Assembly: GCA_965215185.1 (NCBI GenBank)
Contig: OZ244034.1
Location: 160,001-224,000 of the forward strand
From: Acidimicrobiia bacterium
GTDB lineage: Bacteria; Actinomycetota; Acidimicrobiia; Spongiisociales; ZC4RG35
Length of the DNA stretch: 64,000 bases
Direction: 5' to 3'
The position numbers and the translations under genes were made by a program. This document shows, in pieces, positions 1 through 10,487 of the stretch (within the stretch, counting starts at the first letter, position 1; each line of letters starts with the position of its first letter). The notes under the pieces are model-generated. The model saw only the letters and a program-made list of their open reading frames with translations, did not search any database and was not told the DNA's origin.

Positions 1-549
1 GTCGACCACCAGCGATTGATGCCCCGGGGTGTGGCCGTCGGTCAGCACGGCATTAACACCCGGGACGATCTGGACATCGCCCTCGTGGTATCGATAGGTG
101 ATCTCGGGCCGATCGAAGTCGTTGCGCACGAAGCCGGGCGCTCCGAACCGGTCCGGGAACTGGCCCCATCGACGCTCGGCTCGCTGCAGATGCACGGTGG
201 CGTCGGGGAAGAATCGGATGCCGCCGGCGTGATCCATGTGCAGATGCGACACCACCACATGCGCGACGTCCGCTACCTCGATGCCCGCCTCGGCCAGGCG
301 TGCCATCGGATGGTCGGCGTCTGACATCTCCATCCGGAACGCCTTCGCCAGCCGTCCCCACGTCGCCTCCGGATCGGTCGCTGCCGCCGGGTCGCTTCCC
401 GTGTCGAACAACACCCAGCCGTCGTCGGTCTCGATTGCAAAGATGGCGATCGGGACCCCGACCTCGTCGTTCGACCCTCCCATCTTTGTTCGGAACTCGG
501 CCAGGTAGCAGGTGCCGGTGGGCAGCACGAACATCTTACGAGCGGCCAT
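1..549 (-). CDS. N-acyl-homoserine lactonase family metallo-beta-lactamase-fold hydrolase (3' end beyond window edge)
   Basis: Not in the ORF track. Manual translation from ATG at 549 (TAATG overlap with the upstream stop) gives MAARKMFVLPTGTCYL...GWVLFDTGSDP...VVVSHLHMDHAGGIRFFPDATVHLQRAE, containing the HxHxDH motif. Confidence 0.85.
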   Translation of the reverse strand, partial: MAARKMFVLPTGTCYLAEFRTKMGGSNDEVGVPIAIFAIETDDGWVLFDTGSDPAAATDPEATWGRLAKAFRMEMSDADHPMARLAEAGIEVADVAHVVVSHLHMDHAGGIRFFPDATVHLQRAERRWGQFPDRFGAPGFVRNDFDRPEITYRYHEGDVQIVPGVNAVLTDGHTPGHQSLVVD

Positions 550-1931
550 TACACCACCGGCATCTTGTCGGGGGCAACGGTGATTACAGCGCCGCGGTGG
601 CTCGTGCCCCGATCGACCTCGCCGTCCTCGTACAACACCTCGCCCCCGGCGATCGTCATGCGGGGCCAACCCCGCATCTGCATGCCCTCGTACGGCGTGT
701 AGTCCGAGTGCCCGTTGAGCATGTCCGCGTCGATGGTGACCTCTTTGTCGAGGTCGATCATCACGAGGTCGGCGTCACTGCCGACTTGGATCGCCCCCTT
801 GCGCGGTGATGCTCCCATGAGACGGGCGAAGTTCGCTGATGTCAGTTCGACGACCTTTTCGAGCGTCAGCCGTCCCTGGTTGACGCCTTCCGACAAGAGG
901 ACGGGGAGGATCATGGTCATACTGCCGGGGAGACCAGGACCGACGTCCCAGATGTTGCCTTGGCGCGTCTGCAGGTCGTAGTCGCAGTGGTCGGACCCCA
1001 TCCAGTCGATGGTCCCATCCGCCAGGCCGGCCCACAACAGTTGCTGGTCGGCTTTCGTCCGAAGCGGCGGGTTGACTTTGCCCCACGTGCCCAGTGGCAT
1101 GTCCATGTCCAGCACAAGGTACTGCGGGCAGGTCTCCATGTAAAGGCGTGGGTAGCGGTTCCTCGCTGTGCGGATGAGTTCTGGGCCGCGGCCGACGCTG
1201 GTGTGGATCACACTGAGGGGGGCGCCGGCGTTCTCAGCGAGGATCGATGAGCGGATGATCGCTTCCTCTTCGGTGAAGTGGGGGCGGTGCCTGCTCCACG
1301 AGGCGGTGTCGGTGGCGTCGGGGTTGGCTGCGATCGCCAGTTCCCGGTTGTGGAGGATCACGTCGATGTTTTCGGCGTGGATGAGGGACATCACGCCGGG
1401 GCGAGAGGCCACCTGGCGCATGCCTTCGAAGATCAGTCCGTCGTCGAGCCCTTTGATCCCGTATGCGGCCTCGGGTCCCTTCATCGCCATGTGGAACTTG
1501 TACGAGGTAAGGCGCAGTTGATCGACCGTCTGGGGGATCTCGGAAACCTGCTGCGCGTTCGTGACCAGCCCGTGAAAGCCCACGTCAACGATGCTGTGTT
1601 CCTCGATCTCGTCGACATGCTGCTGGTGGTTGTCCTTGAAGGAACCGGGCGACAGCAGGTAGTGCCACATGGTGGTCACGCCCCCGGTCACGGCTGCCGC
1701 GCTCTCGGTGCGGCACGAGTCGGCAAACGATAGGATCACTCCGAGATGGACGTGTGAATCGATCAAGCCGGGCAGCACGTAGGCGCCGTCGGCATCGATT
1801 ACCCGGTCGGCGGAGGGCGCGTCGCCCGGCGGAAGGAGCGCCTGGATAACCCCATCGCTGCAAAGGACCGTGGCTCTTGTCTGGCCGGCCGGGCTGACCA
1901 GTGTGGCGTCTTTGACAGTTAGTGACGTCAT
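549..1931 (-). CDS. Cyclic amidohydrolase (dihydroorotase/allantoinase/hydantoinase-like)
   Basis: PGLIDSHVH, GGVTT, SYKFHM, HAEN, ETCPQYL, KVNPPLR and GSDH motifs. Start moved to ATG 1931 (MTSLTVKD), which overlaps the upstream stop as ATGA. Confidence 0.9.
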   Translation of the reverse strand: MTSLTVKDATLVSPAGQTRATVLCSDGVIQALLPPGDAPSADRVIDADGAYVLPGLIDSHVHLGVILSFADSCRTESAAAVTGGVTTMWHYLLSPGSFKDNHQQHVDEIEEHSIVDVGFHGLVTNAQQVSEIPQTVDQLRLTSYKFHMAMKGPEAAYGIKGLDDGLIFEGMRQVASRPGVMSLIHAENIDVILHNRELAIAANPDATDTASWSRHRPHFTEEEAIIRSSILAENAGAPLSVIHTSVGRGPELIRTARNRYPRLYMETCPQYLVLDMDMPLGTWGKVNPPLRTKADQQLLWAGLADGTIDWMGSDHCDYDLQTRQGNIWDVGPGLPGSMTMILPVLLSEGVNQGRLTLEKVVELTSANFARLMGASPRKGAIQVGSDADLVMIDLDKEVTIDADMLNGHSDYTPYEGMQMRGWPRMTIAGGEVLYEDGEVDRGTSHRGAVITVAPDKMPVV

Positions 1932-3262
1932 GTCTCGTACAGCTTCTCGATGAGTCGGACCTTCTCCCGTCCGGGTGATGGATATGTGCCAAAGGATACG
2001 ACCTCGACCTTTGCGTTGACCCTGCACATGTCGGAGATGGCTCGGGTCAGCTTCGAGCGAAGTTCGTGGTCGTCATCGGCGGACCTCTCCTCACCCCGTT
2101 CGATCCGGATGTGGAGGGGGCCGGGCCAGGTGTACTCGGGCTCGTGCTTGAGGATCCGGACGGCGCCGCTGGTGGCAGGTCGCATCCCCATGACGATGTC
2201 CTGGAGGGCGGTCGGGAAAAAGTTGACGCCCTTGATGATCAACAGGTCGTCGGTGCGCCCGTAACACTTGATCTTGGGGCTCGTCCGTCCGCACCGGCAT
2301 TCGGTGTCGAGCACCTCGACTATGTCGCTGTGCCGGAAGCGCAGCACGGGAGTCGCCGCCCGGTCCAGATGCGAGTACACCAACTCTCCCGTTGCTCCCG
2401 CCGTGATCTCCACCGGATCGCCGGCGTCGTCGACCAGCTCCCAGTAGACGAATTCGTGGGCAACGAAGTGCATGCCGCTTTGATCCTCACATTCCGCCCA
2501 CAGAACAGGTGAGAGGTCGGTGCCGCCCATCACTTCCCGCATCTGCGCTCCCCATAGCGCCTCTGCTTGTCGGCGGAACTCCGGGATGCCGCCCCCGGGT
2601 TCGCCGCCCACGTAGATCCGCTCGATCGACAGTTCCCGGGCGTCGACCCCTAACACATCCCGGGCCTGTTTGCCGAGGTATCGGGCGAAGTTCGGGGTGG
2701 CGACCAGCCCGGTTGGGCGCAGGTCGCTGATGGCATGGAGCAACCAGGTGGTTCCCGGCTCGGCGCCGGCCGGGATGCACGCTGCACCCAGGGCTTCGAG
2801 GCCCTGTACGACCGGCAGGCCACCCACCCAGCAGCGGGACATTCCCAGCCCCTGCAGCACCCGGTCACCCGGGCGGAAGCCATGGGCCCAGAAGGTTCGG
2901 CGGGTGATCTCGGCCCAGTTCGCCCGGTCGCGGGCGGTGAGCCCGACATAAGACGGTCGTCCGCTGGTCCCGGTTGATGCTTGGAATTGAACGACATCGC
3001 CTGGTTCGGCGGCGAGATGGTTCCCGAGCGGTGGGCTCGCCGCGATGGACTTGCGTATGTCCTCCTTGTGGGTGAACGGGACCCGATTCAGGTCTTCGAC
3101 CGACCTAACCGAGTCGGGGTCCAGGCCGGCGCCCCGCAGCTTCTCCTGATAGAAGGGTGAGCGCTCCCAGAGGTAGGCGAGTTGCGTGGTGAGGTGCTTG
3201 TTCTGGATCGTCCGGATCTCGGCCGGTGGCAAGCCCTCGATTGCCGCTCCGAGATCAACCAC
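1928..3262 (-). CDS. Phenylacetate-CoA ligase (PaaK) family protein
   Basis: SPFYQEKL, PFTHKEDIR, ASTGTSGRP, GELVYS, GRTDDLLIIKGVNFFP. Confidence 0.9.
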   Translation of the reverse strand: MVDLGAAIEGLPPAEIRTIQNKHLTTQLAYLWERSPFYQEKLRGAGLDPDSVRSVEDLNRVPFTHKEDIRKSIAASPPLGNHLAAEPGDVVQFQASTGTSGRPSYVGLTARDRANWAEITRRTFWAHGFRPGDRVLQGLGMSRCWVGGLPVVQGLEALGAACIPAGAEPGTTWLLHAISDLRPTGLVATPNFARYLGKQARDVLGVDARELSIERIYVGGEPGGGIPEFRRQAEALWGAQMREVMGGTDLSPVLWAECEDQSGMHFVAHEFVYWELVDDAGDPVEITAGATGELVYSHLDRAATPVLRFRHSDIVEVLDTECRCGRTSPKIKCYGRTDDLLIIKGVNFFPTALQDIVMGMRPATSGAVRILKHEPEYTWPGPLHIRIERGEERSADDDHELRSKLTRAISDMCRVNAKVEVVSFGTYPSPGREKVRLIEKLYET

Positions 3263-4259
3263 AGGGCACCGCCGTTGCGCGGTCGGTCAAGGCGGCGCCG
3301 AGTGCGACCACGGCGCCGGGTCCGAGCGCATGGTGAGCCACGACTCGGTCAAGGCCTGCATCCCCGAGGCGGGCCAGCCGTTTGGCCACATCGGCCGGAG
3401 TGCCGGCGACCGCCAGCCGGTCGACCAGATCGTCGGGTACAAGAGCGGCCGCAGCTTCGGCGCCGTCGCTCGCCTTCGTCTCTACGATTTGGGAGCGGAC
3501 GGCGAGAATCGCGTCGCGCGAAACATCGGTCCCGACCAGTCGCGCCGACACGTCGGGGATCTCCCCCAGGTAGTACGCGACGGATCGCCGCGCCACGTCC
3601 CTTGCGTCTGCCCGATTGTCGGCCACCGCGGTGAGCACCAGCGCGCCCAACGAGTAGTCGTCCCGGCCGCGTCCGGCTTTGGCCAGGGCCGCGTCGAGCA
3701 GTTCGGCGCTTGACTCGATGAATGTCGGCGAACACATTACCCCCAGCAGCGCCCCGTCGTAGTGGGCGGCCGACATCGCCAGCGATTGCGGACCCATCGA
3801 TCCGATGTAGATTGGTACCGGCGGCGGCCGAGAGGCGAGCTGGGCTCCGTTGTAGGCGGTGTCCCCGCTGAGGAGGGTGCGGGTGGCCGTGGCGGCATCT
3901 CGCAGGCCGGTCACCTGGTTGGCAGGGATGGTTCCGAGCCGTGATGCGCCGTGATGCGCCACCCCGTATCCGAGCGTGAATCGGTCGCCCCATCGCTCGG
4001 TGAGGGATGCCAGTTCCATCGCCACAGATGCCGGGTGGCGAATGAACGGACTCAGTACCCCAAAGCCGATCCTGACCGAGGACGTGGCCTCGGCGACTGC
4101 GGCGGCGATGGTGAACACACCCCGGTGGAAGTGTTGCTCGGCGATCCAGATTGTCCCGAACCCGCCCTGCTCTGTCGCCTGGGCCACGGCGACGATCTCA
4201 TCCACCGTCCGGCCATTGTCCAGGCCGACGTCGAAGCTCGGGGCAGATCGGACCGTCAT
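3255..4259 (-). CDS. LLM-class flavin/F420-dependent oxidoreductase
   Basis: [38 protein letters not shown]. Confidence 0.88.
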   Translation of the reverse strand: MTVRSAPSFDVGLDNGRTVDEIVAVAQATEQGGFGTIWIAEQHFHRGVFTIAAAVAEATSSVRIGFGVLSPFIRHPASVAMELASLTERWGDRFTLGYGVAHHGASRLGTIPANQVTGLRDAATATRTLLSGDTAYNGAQLASRPPPVPIYIGSMGPQSLAMSAAHYDGALLGVMCSPTFIESSAELLDAALAKAGRGRDDYSLGALVLTAVADNRADARDVARRSVAYYLGEIPDVSARLVGTDVSRDAILAVRSQIVETKASDGAEAAAALVPDDLVDRLAVAGTPADVAKRLARLGDAGLDRVVAHHALGPGAVVALGAALTDRATAVPCG

Positions 4260-5506
4260 GGTCTGGTAATGCGGGTCTCACCCCCGATCATGACCCGCTT
4301 GATCCTGTGACGTTCTTGGAGGATGCGGACGTCGTCGAGAGGGTTGCCGTCGATGATGAGCAGGTCGGCGACCTTACCCACCTGCAGCGTTCCGAAGTCG
4401 CCGTCGATCCGGAAGAATTCGGCGTTGCCTCTGGTGGTCGTGACGAGGGCATCCATGGTCGAGAGGCCGAGGCTGGTCTGAACCTCCAGTTCATAGGCCT
4501 CCTCACCGTGTGGATCGGCCGGCGTGCCGAGGAAGTCGGACCCGATGGCTCTCTTGACGCCGATCGACATAGCGCGGGGCAAGGTGTCGGCGTACGAATC
4601 GAGCGCCATCTTGCAGCGCTCCACGTACACCGGGTTGAGACCGAGATCGCCCCCGCGTTCGACCGCCCGCGCCAGATATCCCACGTTGGGATCCCACGTG
4701 ACATCATGACGCGCCATCATCTCGAGGGTCTCGTCATCGATCCAGTACCCGTGCTCGATCGAATCGGCCCCCGCCCCGATGGCGCGCTGCATACCGATGC
4801 ACGACTCCCCGATGAGGGTGTTGCTGTGGGCGGAGAGGAGAGCACCCACGTTGTGTGCGACATGGGCAGCGGCCTCGATCTCGGCCCCGGTCCACGCCGA
4901 CTCGGCGCGAATAAACGACGGATCGATGCCGCCGGTCACGCCGAGCTTGATGTCTGTCGCGCCGCCGCGAATCTGCTCGCGAGCCGCCTTGGCCACCTCG
5001 GCGACGCCATCGGCCAACCGGACGAATCCGGGAGGTTCGGGGCCTTGCATCCACTCGAGGCGGATGAACGGCAGGTCCGGGATCCCGCCGGTCTCAGCGA
5101 TGAACCGCCCGACCGCCCGCATGCGGGGACCATTGACCTTGCCTTCCTCGATCGCCTTCTTCAGCTCGAGGCTGTGATCGCTCCCGCAGTCCCGGATGAG
5201 CGTGTAGCCAGCGCCGAGGATTTCCTGGACCTCGATCGCCGAGCGGATCGCATGGAGCTTCGGTGACTCCATGGCCCACGACATGAAGTCGTACCCCTGG
5301 ATGCCGAACAGGTGGAGGTGGGCGTCGATGAGGCCCGGCAGCACATGCGCGCCGGCCGCGTCGATTACCTCGGCGCCCGCGGGAACCTCCACGTCGGCGC
5401 CGATGGCGGTAATGCGGTCGTCCTCGATGACCAGGCTGGCCGGGCCGTAGGGCTCGGCGCCTGTCCCGTCGAAGATCGACGCATTCGTGATTGCTGTGGT
5501 GCCCAT
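4256..5506 (-). CDS. Metal-dependent amidohydrolase (Xaa-Pro dipeptidase-like subgroup)
   Basis: [43 protein letters not shown]. Confidence 0.9.
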   Translation of the reverse strand: MGTTAITNASIFDGTGAEPYGPASLVIEDDRITAIGADVEVPAGAEVIDAAGAHVLPGLIDAHLHLFGIQGYDFMSWAMESPKLHAIRSAIEVQEILGAGYTLIRDCGSDHSLELKKAIEEGKVNGPRMRAVGRFIAETGGIPDLPFIRLEWMQGPEPPGFVRLADGVAEVAKAAREQIRGGATDIKLGVTGGIDPSFIRAESAWTGAEIEAAAHVAHNVGALLSAHSNTLIGESCIGMQRAIGAGADSIEHGYWIDDETLEMMARHDVTWDPNVGYLARAVERGGDLGLNPVYVERCKMALDSYADTLPRAMSIGVKRAIGSDFLGTPADPHGEEAYELEVQTSLGLSTMDALVTTTRGNAEFFRIDGDFGTLQVGKVADLLIIDGNPLDDVRILQERHRIKRVMIGGETRITRP

Positions 5507-5517
5507 GTGTGCCTCCT

Positions 5518-6507
5518 CTAGCCCTGCGGGGCCAGTGCTTCGATTCCGCGTTCGATGTCACCGATCACCGTGATGATCGGGTGATCGATCCCGGCGTCGA
5601 TGTAGCGCTGCAGGCCCTCAAGACAGTCGTCCCGGGTGCCGTTGATCGTGATCTCATCGATGGTCTCGTCGGTGATGTATCGCTTGCCGGCCTCGCCGCC
5701 TCCCTCGTCCACGGCGGCTGCCAGCCGCTCCCATCCCGCACCGTTCTCACCCCACACCGAGGTCCGCTTGGTGATGTCGGGAAGGCGAGCCAGGTAGAGG
5801 GCGAGAAGGGGACGCAGATAGTCGCGGGCAGCCTCCTTCGAGTCGTCCACGGCCGCCACCACCATCATCCCCACCTCAATATCGTCGACCGTGCGGCCAG
5901 CCTTCTCAGCACCCTTGTTGAGATGCTCGCGTGCCCACGTGACATAGTCGGTGCTCAGAAAGGCGTTGAGCGATGCGCCCTCGGCGATCTCACCGGTCAA
6001 CTGGCACGCCAGCGGGCCGGTGGGGCCCAGCCACACGGGCAGGTCGCGGCGTACCGGCTCGAAGTCGAGTTCGGCGTTCTCGAGGTGGACCATCTCGCCC
6101 TGGTAGTCAAAGTGCGTCCCGTGAGCATGCCACACGGCCCGGCAGGCTTCCACGTATTCGCGCAGCGCCTTGAGCGGCTTCTCGAAATTGATGCCCTGGG
6201 CCTTGATGAGCACCCGGGAGCCGGCGCCGATGCCAGCCACCATCCGGCCGCCGGACAACTCGTCGAGGGCGGCGAAGGTGGTTGCCATCAGCAGCGGGCT
6301 GCGAGTGAAGATCGGCACGACGCTCGGGCCGATGATGAGGCGCTCGGTCACGGCGGCGGCCGCTGCGCAGGCGGTGATGCCGTCGCGGGAGAAGTTGTGC
6401 TCGGCGTACCAGATCGAGTCGTACCCGAGATCCTCCACCCGCTTGGTGAGCCGGACGGTCTCCGGGAGGGGCGTCGTTTGCAGCAAGCCGATGCCGGTCT
6501 TGATCAT
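5518..6507 (-). CDS. LLM-class flavin/F420-dependent oxidoreductase
   Basis: [46 protein letters not shown]. Confidence 0.9.
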   Translation of the reverse strand: MIKTGIGLLQTTPLPETVRLTKRVEDLGYDSIWYAEHNFSRDGITACAAAAAVTERLIIGPSVVPIFTRSPLLMATTFAALDELSGGRMVAGIGAGSRVLIKAQGINFEKPLKALREYVEACRAVWHAHGTHFDYQGEMVHLENAELDFEPVRRDLPVWLGPTGPLACQLTGEIAEGASLNAFLSTDYVTWAREHLNKGAEKAGRTVDDIEVGMMVVAAVDDSKEAARDYLRPLLALYLARLPDITKRTSVWGENGAGWERLAAAVDEGGGEAGKRYITDETIDEITINGTRDDCLEGLQRYIDAGIDHPIITVIGDIERGIEALAPQG

Positions 6508-6525
6508 GTTTTCTCCTTGGTTAGG

Positions 6526-7308
6526 TCAGTTGAGGTAGGGGCGGAGGATGCGTTTCTGGAGGAGTTGGAATAGGGTCCCGAAGACCAGGCCGAGGATGCC
6601 GACCAGGAGGATCGCTCCGTACATCTCGGCGGGGAAGAGGCTGCGGCGCATGAAGAGGATGAACCAGCCGAGCCCGTTGGTGGAGAGGATGAGCTCGGAC
6701 GCCACCATGAGCACAAGTGCGATACCGACCGCCTGGCGAGCGCCGGCCACGATCTGGGGGACCGCCAGGCCGAACACTGCTCGTCGCAGCACCAGGGTTT
6801 CGGATCCGCCGAAGCTTCTCACCACGTCGGGCAACAGCGACTGCTTGGCGGTACGGACGCCGAAGATCGTGTTGATCGCCACAAAGATGAAGGAAGCCCA
6901 GGCGATCACGATGATGCGGGACAGATCCCCGATCCCGACCACCAGCACGAGGACGGGCAGGAAGAGGATGACCGGGATCGGTCGAAGGAACTCAAGCAGC
7001 GAGATCGCCACGGACCCGGGTTTGTTCCACCACTCGACGACCACGCCGAACACGACGCCGACTACCACCCCGATGAGCCAACCCGCCACGGCGCGGTAGA
7101 CGCTCTTGCCAATCTGGAACAAAAGACCGTCGCCCGACCGGTACGGAGGGTCGGTGAAGGCGGTGAGAGTGTCGGTGAATACCTGAGTGGGCGGCGGAAA
7201 TAGGAATGGGTTGACCATCTCGGCGCGGCTCACGTACTCCCACACCCCGAAGATGGCGGCCAGCACGATCATGGTCTTCAGTCCGCGAATCCACACCGAG
7301 GTGGTCAT
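6526..7308 (-). CDS. ABC transporter permease (SsuC/TauC type)
   Basis: LFPPP, LRPIP, multiple hydrophobic helices, VASELILSTNGLG. Confidence 0.9.
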   Translation of the reverse strand: MTTSVWIRGLKTMIVLAAIFGVWEYVSRAEMVNPFLFPPPTQVFTDTLTAFTDPPYRSGDGLLFQIGKSVYRAVAGWLIGVVVGVVFGVVVEWWNKPGSVAISLLEFLRPIPVILFLPVLVLVVGIGDLSRIIVIAWASFIFVAINTIFGVRTAKQSLLPDVVRSFGGSETLVLRRAVFGLAVPQIVAGARQAVGIALVLMVASELILSTNGLGWFILFMRRSLFPAEMYGAILLVGILGLVFGTLFQLLQKRILRPYLN

Positions 7309-8102
7309 GCGCGGTCACCCCGGCCTTTTAGGAGGCGCCAGACCTCTTTATATCTCGTCCGAAACTGGTCCGAGGCGATGAACTCCTCGAAGCTCGAGGT
7401 CCGCTCGCCCTGCATGAAATCGGTGAGCACGCGGGCAGGGCGTTGATCGAGGACCACCGTGCGGTCGCCGAGGTAAAGCGATTCTTCGATGTCGTGGGTG
7501 ACGAACAGCACGGTTCGGTGCAGACTCTCGAGGATCTTGCGGATCTCTTCTTGCAGGACACGCCGGATCTGGGCGTCGAGCGATCCGAACGGTTCGTCCA
7601 TCAACAGCACGTCAGGCTCATAGGCGAGCACGCGGGCCAACTGCACCCGCTGCTGCATGCCCCCCGAGAGCTCGCGCGGATATGCGTTTTCGAACCCTTG
7701 CAGACCGACCATCTCTATGTATCGGGCGGCCGCCTCGGCCCGCTCGGCCCGCGACGCTACGCCCTCGATCTCCAGCCCGAACTCGACATTTTTCTGCACG
7801 GTCTTCCATGGCGCCAGCGCGTTGGCGTAGTCCTGGAAAACGAAGCCGATTCGCGGCTTCGGTGAGCTGGGCTCGAAGGTGATGGACCCACCGGTCACCG
7901 GGGTCAACCCGTCGATCATCTTGAGGATCGTCGATTTACCGCAGCCGGACGGCCCGACGATCGTCACCAGCTCGCCCGGCCGAAACGAGAGGTCCAGTCC
8001 ATCGATGATTTTGAGATCTTCGTCTTGGCCACGCCGGGCGTAGCTCTTGGTCACACCCTTCAGGTGGATGGCCGGACTGGAGGAGGTCTTATGGGTGGTC
8101 AT
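7305..8102 (-). CDS. ABC transporter ATP-binding protein (SsuB/TauB type)
   Basis: GPSGCGKST, LSGGMQQR, LLMDEPF, VTHD. Start trimmed to ATG 8102 (MTTHKT), which overlaps the upstream stop. Confidence 0.92.
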   Translation of the reverse strand: MTTHKTSSSPAIHLKGVTKSYARRGQDEDLKIIDGLDLSFRPGELVTIVGPSGCGKSTILKMIDGLTPVTGGSITFEPSSPKPRIGFVFQDYANALAPWKTVQKNVEFGLEIEGVASRAERAEAAARYIEMVGLQGFENAYPRELSGGMQQRVQLARVLAYEPDVLLMDEPFGSLDAQIRRVLQEEIRKILESLHRTVLFVTHDIEESLYLGDRTVVLDQRPARVLTDFMQGERTSSFEEFIASDQFRTRYKEVWRLLKGRGDRA

Positions 8103-8857
8103 GCCAACGATGTCTCCGACCACCAGGGGAACAGCCTCCGCTGGGCTACCTCGAGCAGGCGGAATGCCCCGTACCCGATGACTGCGATCAGGGCGATAGC
8201 GGCATACATCCGTCCAAACAGAGCGTTGCTTTGGGTGCGGAGAATATAGAAGCCGAGTCCCGACAGCCCGATGACCATATCGGCGACGACGATGACGATG
8301 AGCGCCACCGACACGTTCTGTCGCAGACTCGAGAGGAAATAGGGGAGCAGGCTTGGTATTCCGACCTTGCGGAGCACTTTCACCTCTCCGGCGCCGAAGC
8401 TGCGGGCCGCGTCCTGCAACGTGTCCGGGATGTGTTTCACGCCGGCGACTACGTTGATCACGGCCAGGAAGAAACAACCCCACGCCACGGCGAACGCACC
8501 CACCAGGAACGAGTCGGCGAGCACCAGGAGCGCCATGGGGACCATGGCGACCGCAGGGATGGCGCGAAAGAAGTCGAGCGGCCCGCTCATCCACGAATCG
8601 ACGGAGGCGTACCGCCCCACGGCCATTCCGACCACAACCGCGGCGCCGAACCCGATCGCGTAGCCGACGAGCGCGGTCCACATGCTCTCAAGCGTGGCGG
8701 GGCCGAGGTTCACCCAGTCCTCGGAACCCGCCCGCAAGACCTCGTTGGGTGGTGGAATGAACTTTGAATTAACGAACCCGGTGGCCGTAGCCGCCACCCA
8801 CGCTACGAGGATGACGGCTGCGGCAGTGAGTCCAGCGAACCGCTGGGCTCCTCTCAC
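8099..8857 (-). CDS. ABC transporter permease (SsuC/TauC type)
   Basis: FIPPP, FRAIP, DAARSFGA EAA-like loop, GLGFYI. Confidence 0.9.
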   Translation of the reverse strand: MRGAQRFAGLTAAAVILVAWVAATATGFVNSKFIPPPNEVLRAGSEDWVNLGPATLESMWTALVGYAIGFGAAVVVGMAVGRYASVDSWMSGPLDFFRAIPAVAMVPMALLVLADSFLVGAFAVAWGCFFLAVINVVAGVKHIPDTLQDAARSFGAGEVKVLRKVGIPSLLPYFLSSLRQNVSVALIVIVVADMVIGLSGLGFYILRTQSNALFGRMYAAIALIAVIGYGAFRLLEVAQRRLFPWWSETSLA

Positions 8858-8878
8858 TTCAACTCCCGATCGAGTTGG

Positions 8879-10096
8879 TTACGGCAGTTGGCTCGGATCC
8901 CAGGGGAAGTAGCGACCGTTCTCGATCAACTCGTCTTCGGTGAACGGGAGGTCCGAGATGAACGCTCCCACGTCCAGCCCCTCTCCGAGCAGATCCGCAT
9001 TGACCATCAGGTCGGCAACGCGCTGCATCTGATCGACCCAGTTCTCCGGCCAGGTCACGTACAGGTGCGGCGGATTGTTCCTCTGCGCCTCCTCCGGCAC
9101 ACCCGAGATGGCCACTGAAATGTCCAGGGCCTCGGCCGGGTTGTCGACGATCCACTGACTGGCGTCACGGATGGCGAGCGCCCATGCCCTGACGGTATTG
9201 GGGTTCTCAGCTACGAACTCGGGCGTGGCCGCCATCGGGAACATGCCGGCGCCACGGTCACCCAGCATCTCCGGGATACCGTTTTCACCGCCGATATAGG
9301 GGTCACCGATCGAGCGGAAGCCGTTCCCCTCGGTCTCTCCGAACGGAATGATGGCGCCGACGAACGGGTAGATCATGTATCCGACATCGATCTCCCCCGA
9401 CGTGATGAGATCCGGGTGCGCGCCCCAGAACGCTTCGATGAGCTCGACGCTGTCCGGATCGACGCCCACCTCGAGCATGATCGATATAAGGAAAGCCTCT
9501 TCGTTCGACCCGCGGGCGATCACGCCGATGCGGGCACCTTCGAGATCTGCGACCGTTTGGATCGGCGAGTCCTCGGCGACGATCAGACGATGCGTGGTGT
9601 AGTCAGCGCCGCCTTCGCGGGCGTAGAACGCATGCGTCGTGATGAACTTGAGCTGCTGGCCACGCTCGGCCAGCGAGAAGGCCAGCGGCCAGCTCGTGTA
9701 GCCCATGTCCGCCTCACCGGACAAGGCCGCCTCAGTGGAGCGGCCTGCGCCGCCCTCGAACGCAAGGATCTCCGGCGCCAGCCCGTAGTCGGCGAAGAAG
9801 CCTTTTTCCTGAGCCACATAGAGGGGTAGGAACTGCGCGAGTGTGGCCGGCATCACCTTGATGTTCGCCTTCTCGGGTGTCATGTCGACCATGGCTGCGG
9901 TCGTGGTGGGGGCTGCGGTCGTGGTCGGGGCTGCGGCCGTGGTGGTCGTGGCTGCGGCCGTGGTGGCCGGCGCCTGGGTCGTGGCTGGGGCCACCGTTGT
10001 TACGGGGGTCGATTCGTCGCTTGATCCACATGCGGTGAATACCAGTGCGAGGGCGACGAGGAGTACCAGCGAACCCCTGTTCCGAATCCTGTGCAT
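8879..10096 (-). CDS. ABC substrate-binding lipoprotein (SsuA/THI5-like)
   Basis: Lipobox LVFTAC, Thr/Ala/Pro linker, LPLYVAQEKGFFADYGL, SPIQTVADLEG. An AAGGAG RBS lies upstream. Confidence 0.9.
   Translation of the reverse strand: MHRIRNRGSLVLLVALALVFTACGSSDESTPVTTVAPATTQAPATTAAATTTTAAAPTTTAAPTTTAAMVDMTPEKANIKVMPATLAQFLPLYVAQEKGFFADYGLAPEILAFEGGAGRSTEAALSGEADMGYTSWPLAFSLAERGQQLKFITTHAFYAREGGADYTTHRLIVAEDSPIQTVADLEGARIGVIARGSNEEAFLISIMLEVGVDPDSVELIEAFWGAHPDLITSGEIDVGYMIYPFVGAIIPFGETEGNGFRSIGDPYIGGENGIPEMLGDRGAGMFPMAATPEFVAENPNTVRAWALAIRDASQWIVDNPAEALDISVAISGVPEEAQRNNPPHLYVTWPENWVDQMQRVADLMVNADLLGEGLDVGAFISDLPFTEDELIENGRYFPWDPSQLP
9894..10008 (-). repeat. Imperfect 18-bp tandem repeats encoding a PTTTAA-type linker
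   Basis: GCTGCGG(T/C)CGTGGT units start at 9894, 9912, 9930 and 9951. Confidence 0.8.
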
Positions 10097-10487
10097 TTTC
10101 TCTCCTTCTTCTACGAAAAACGCTATTAGCTGGGCCGGAGTCTAACTCTCCACCCAGGTTGGTGCTGGGGTGAGTCCCACATGAATCTCTTTAGTCGGCG
10201 ATTGGGTAGCCAGGTTACGGAGTCGAATGGTTCCCGACTATCGAACGTGTAGCCGACCGGCTGTGTGGCACCCTTCCGCTCTATTACTCAGGTAGATCAG
10301 CGTCGAGGTTCCCCTTGACCGACCACGCTGCGCCTATGTGGGGGTTCGTCGCGGCTGAGATGACCTGCGCCGGGGGTTCTTTGGTCTGGACCGCCTGGCT
10401 TTGGAGACCCGGGTTCTCTCCAAGATGGGATCGGGAGTGCTTCTAGCATTGCTGGGGTGATCGACGCTTAGACGTAAGGAGTGTGCG

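Noticed and set aside
7305-8681. 458-aa ABC ATPase with a long N-terminal extension
   Set aside because: The extension overlaps the permease gene in another frame. The real start is ATG 8102.
10167-10177. 11-mer GGGGTGAGTCC shared with 34782-34792, both upstream of minus-strand genes
   Set aside because: Only two copies at different spacing, so compatible with chance
10338-10400. GGGG...GGCTGAGA resembling the start of a TPP riboswitch
   Set aside because: The downstream GAACCTG/P4-P5 core is absent
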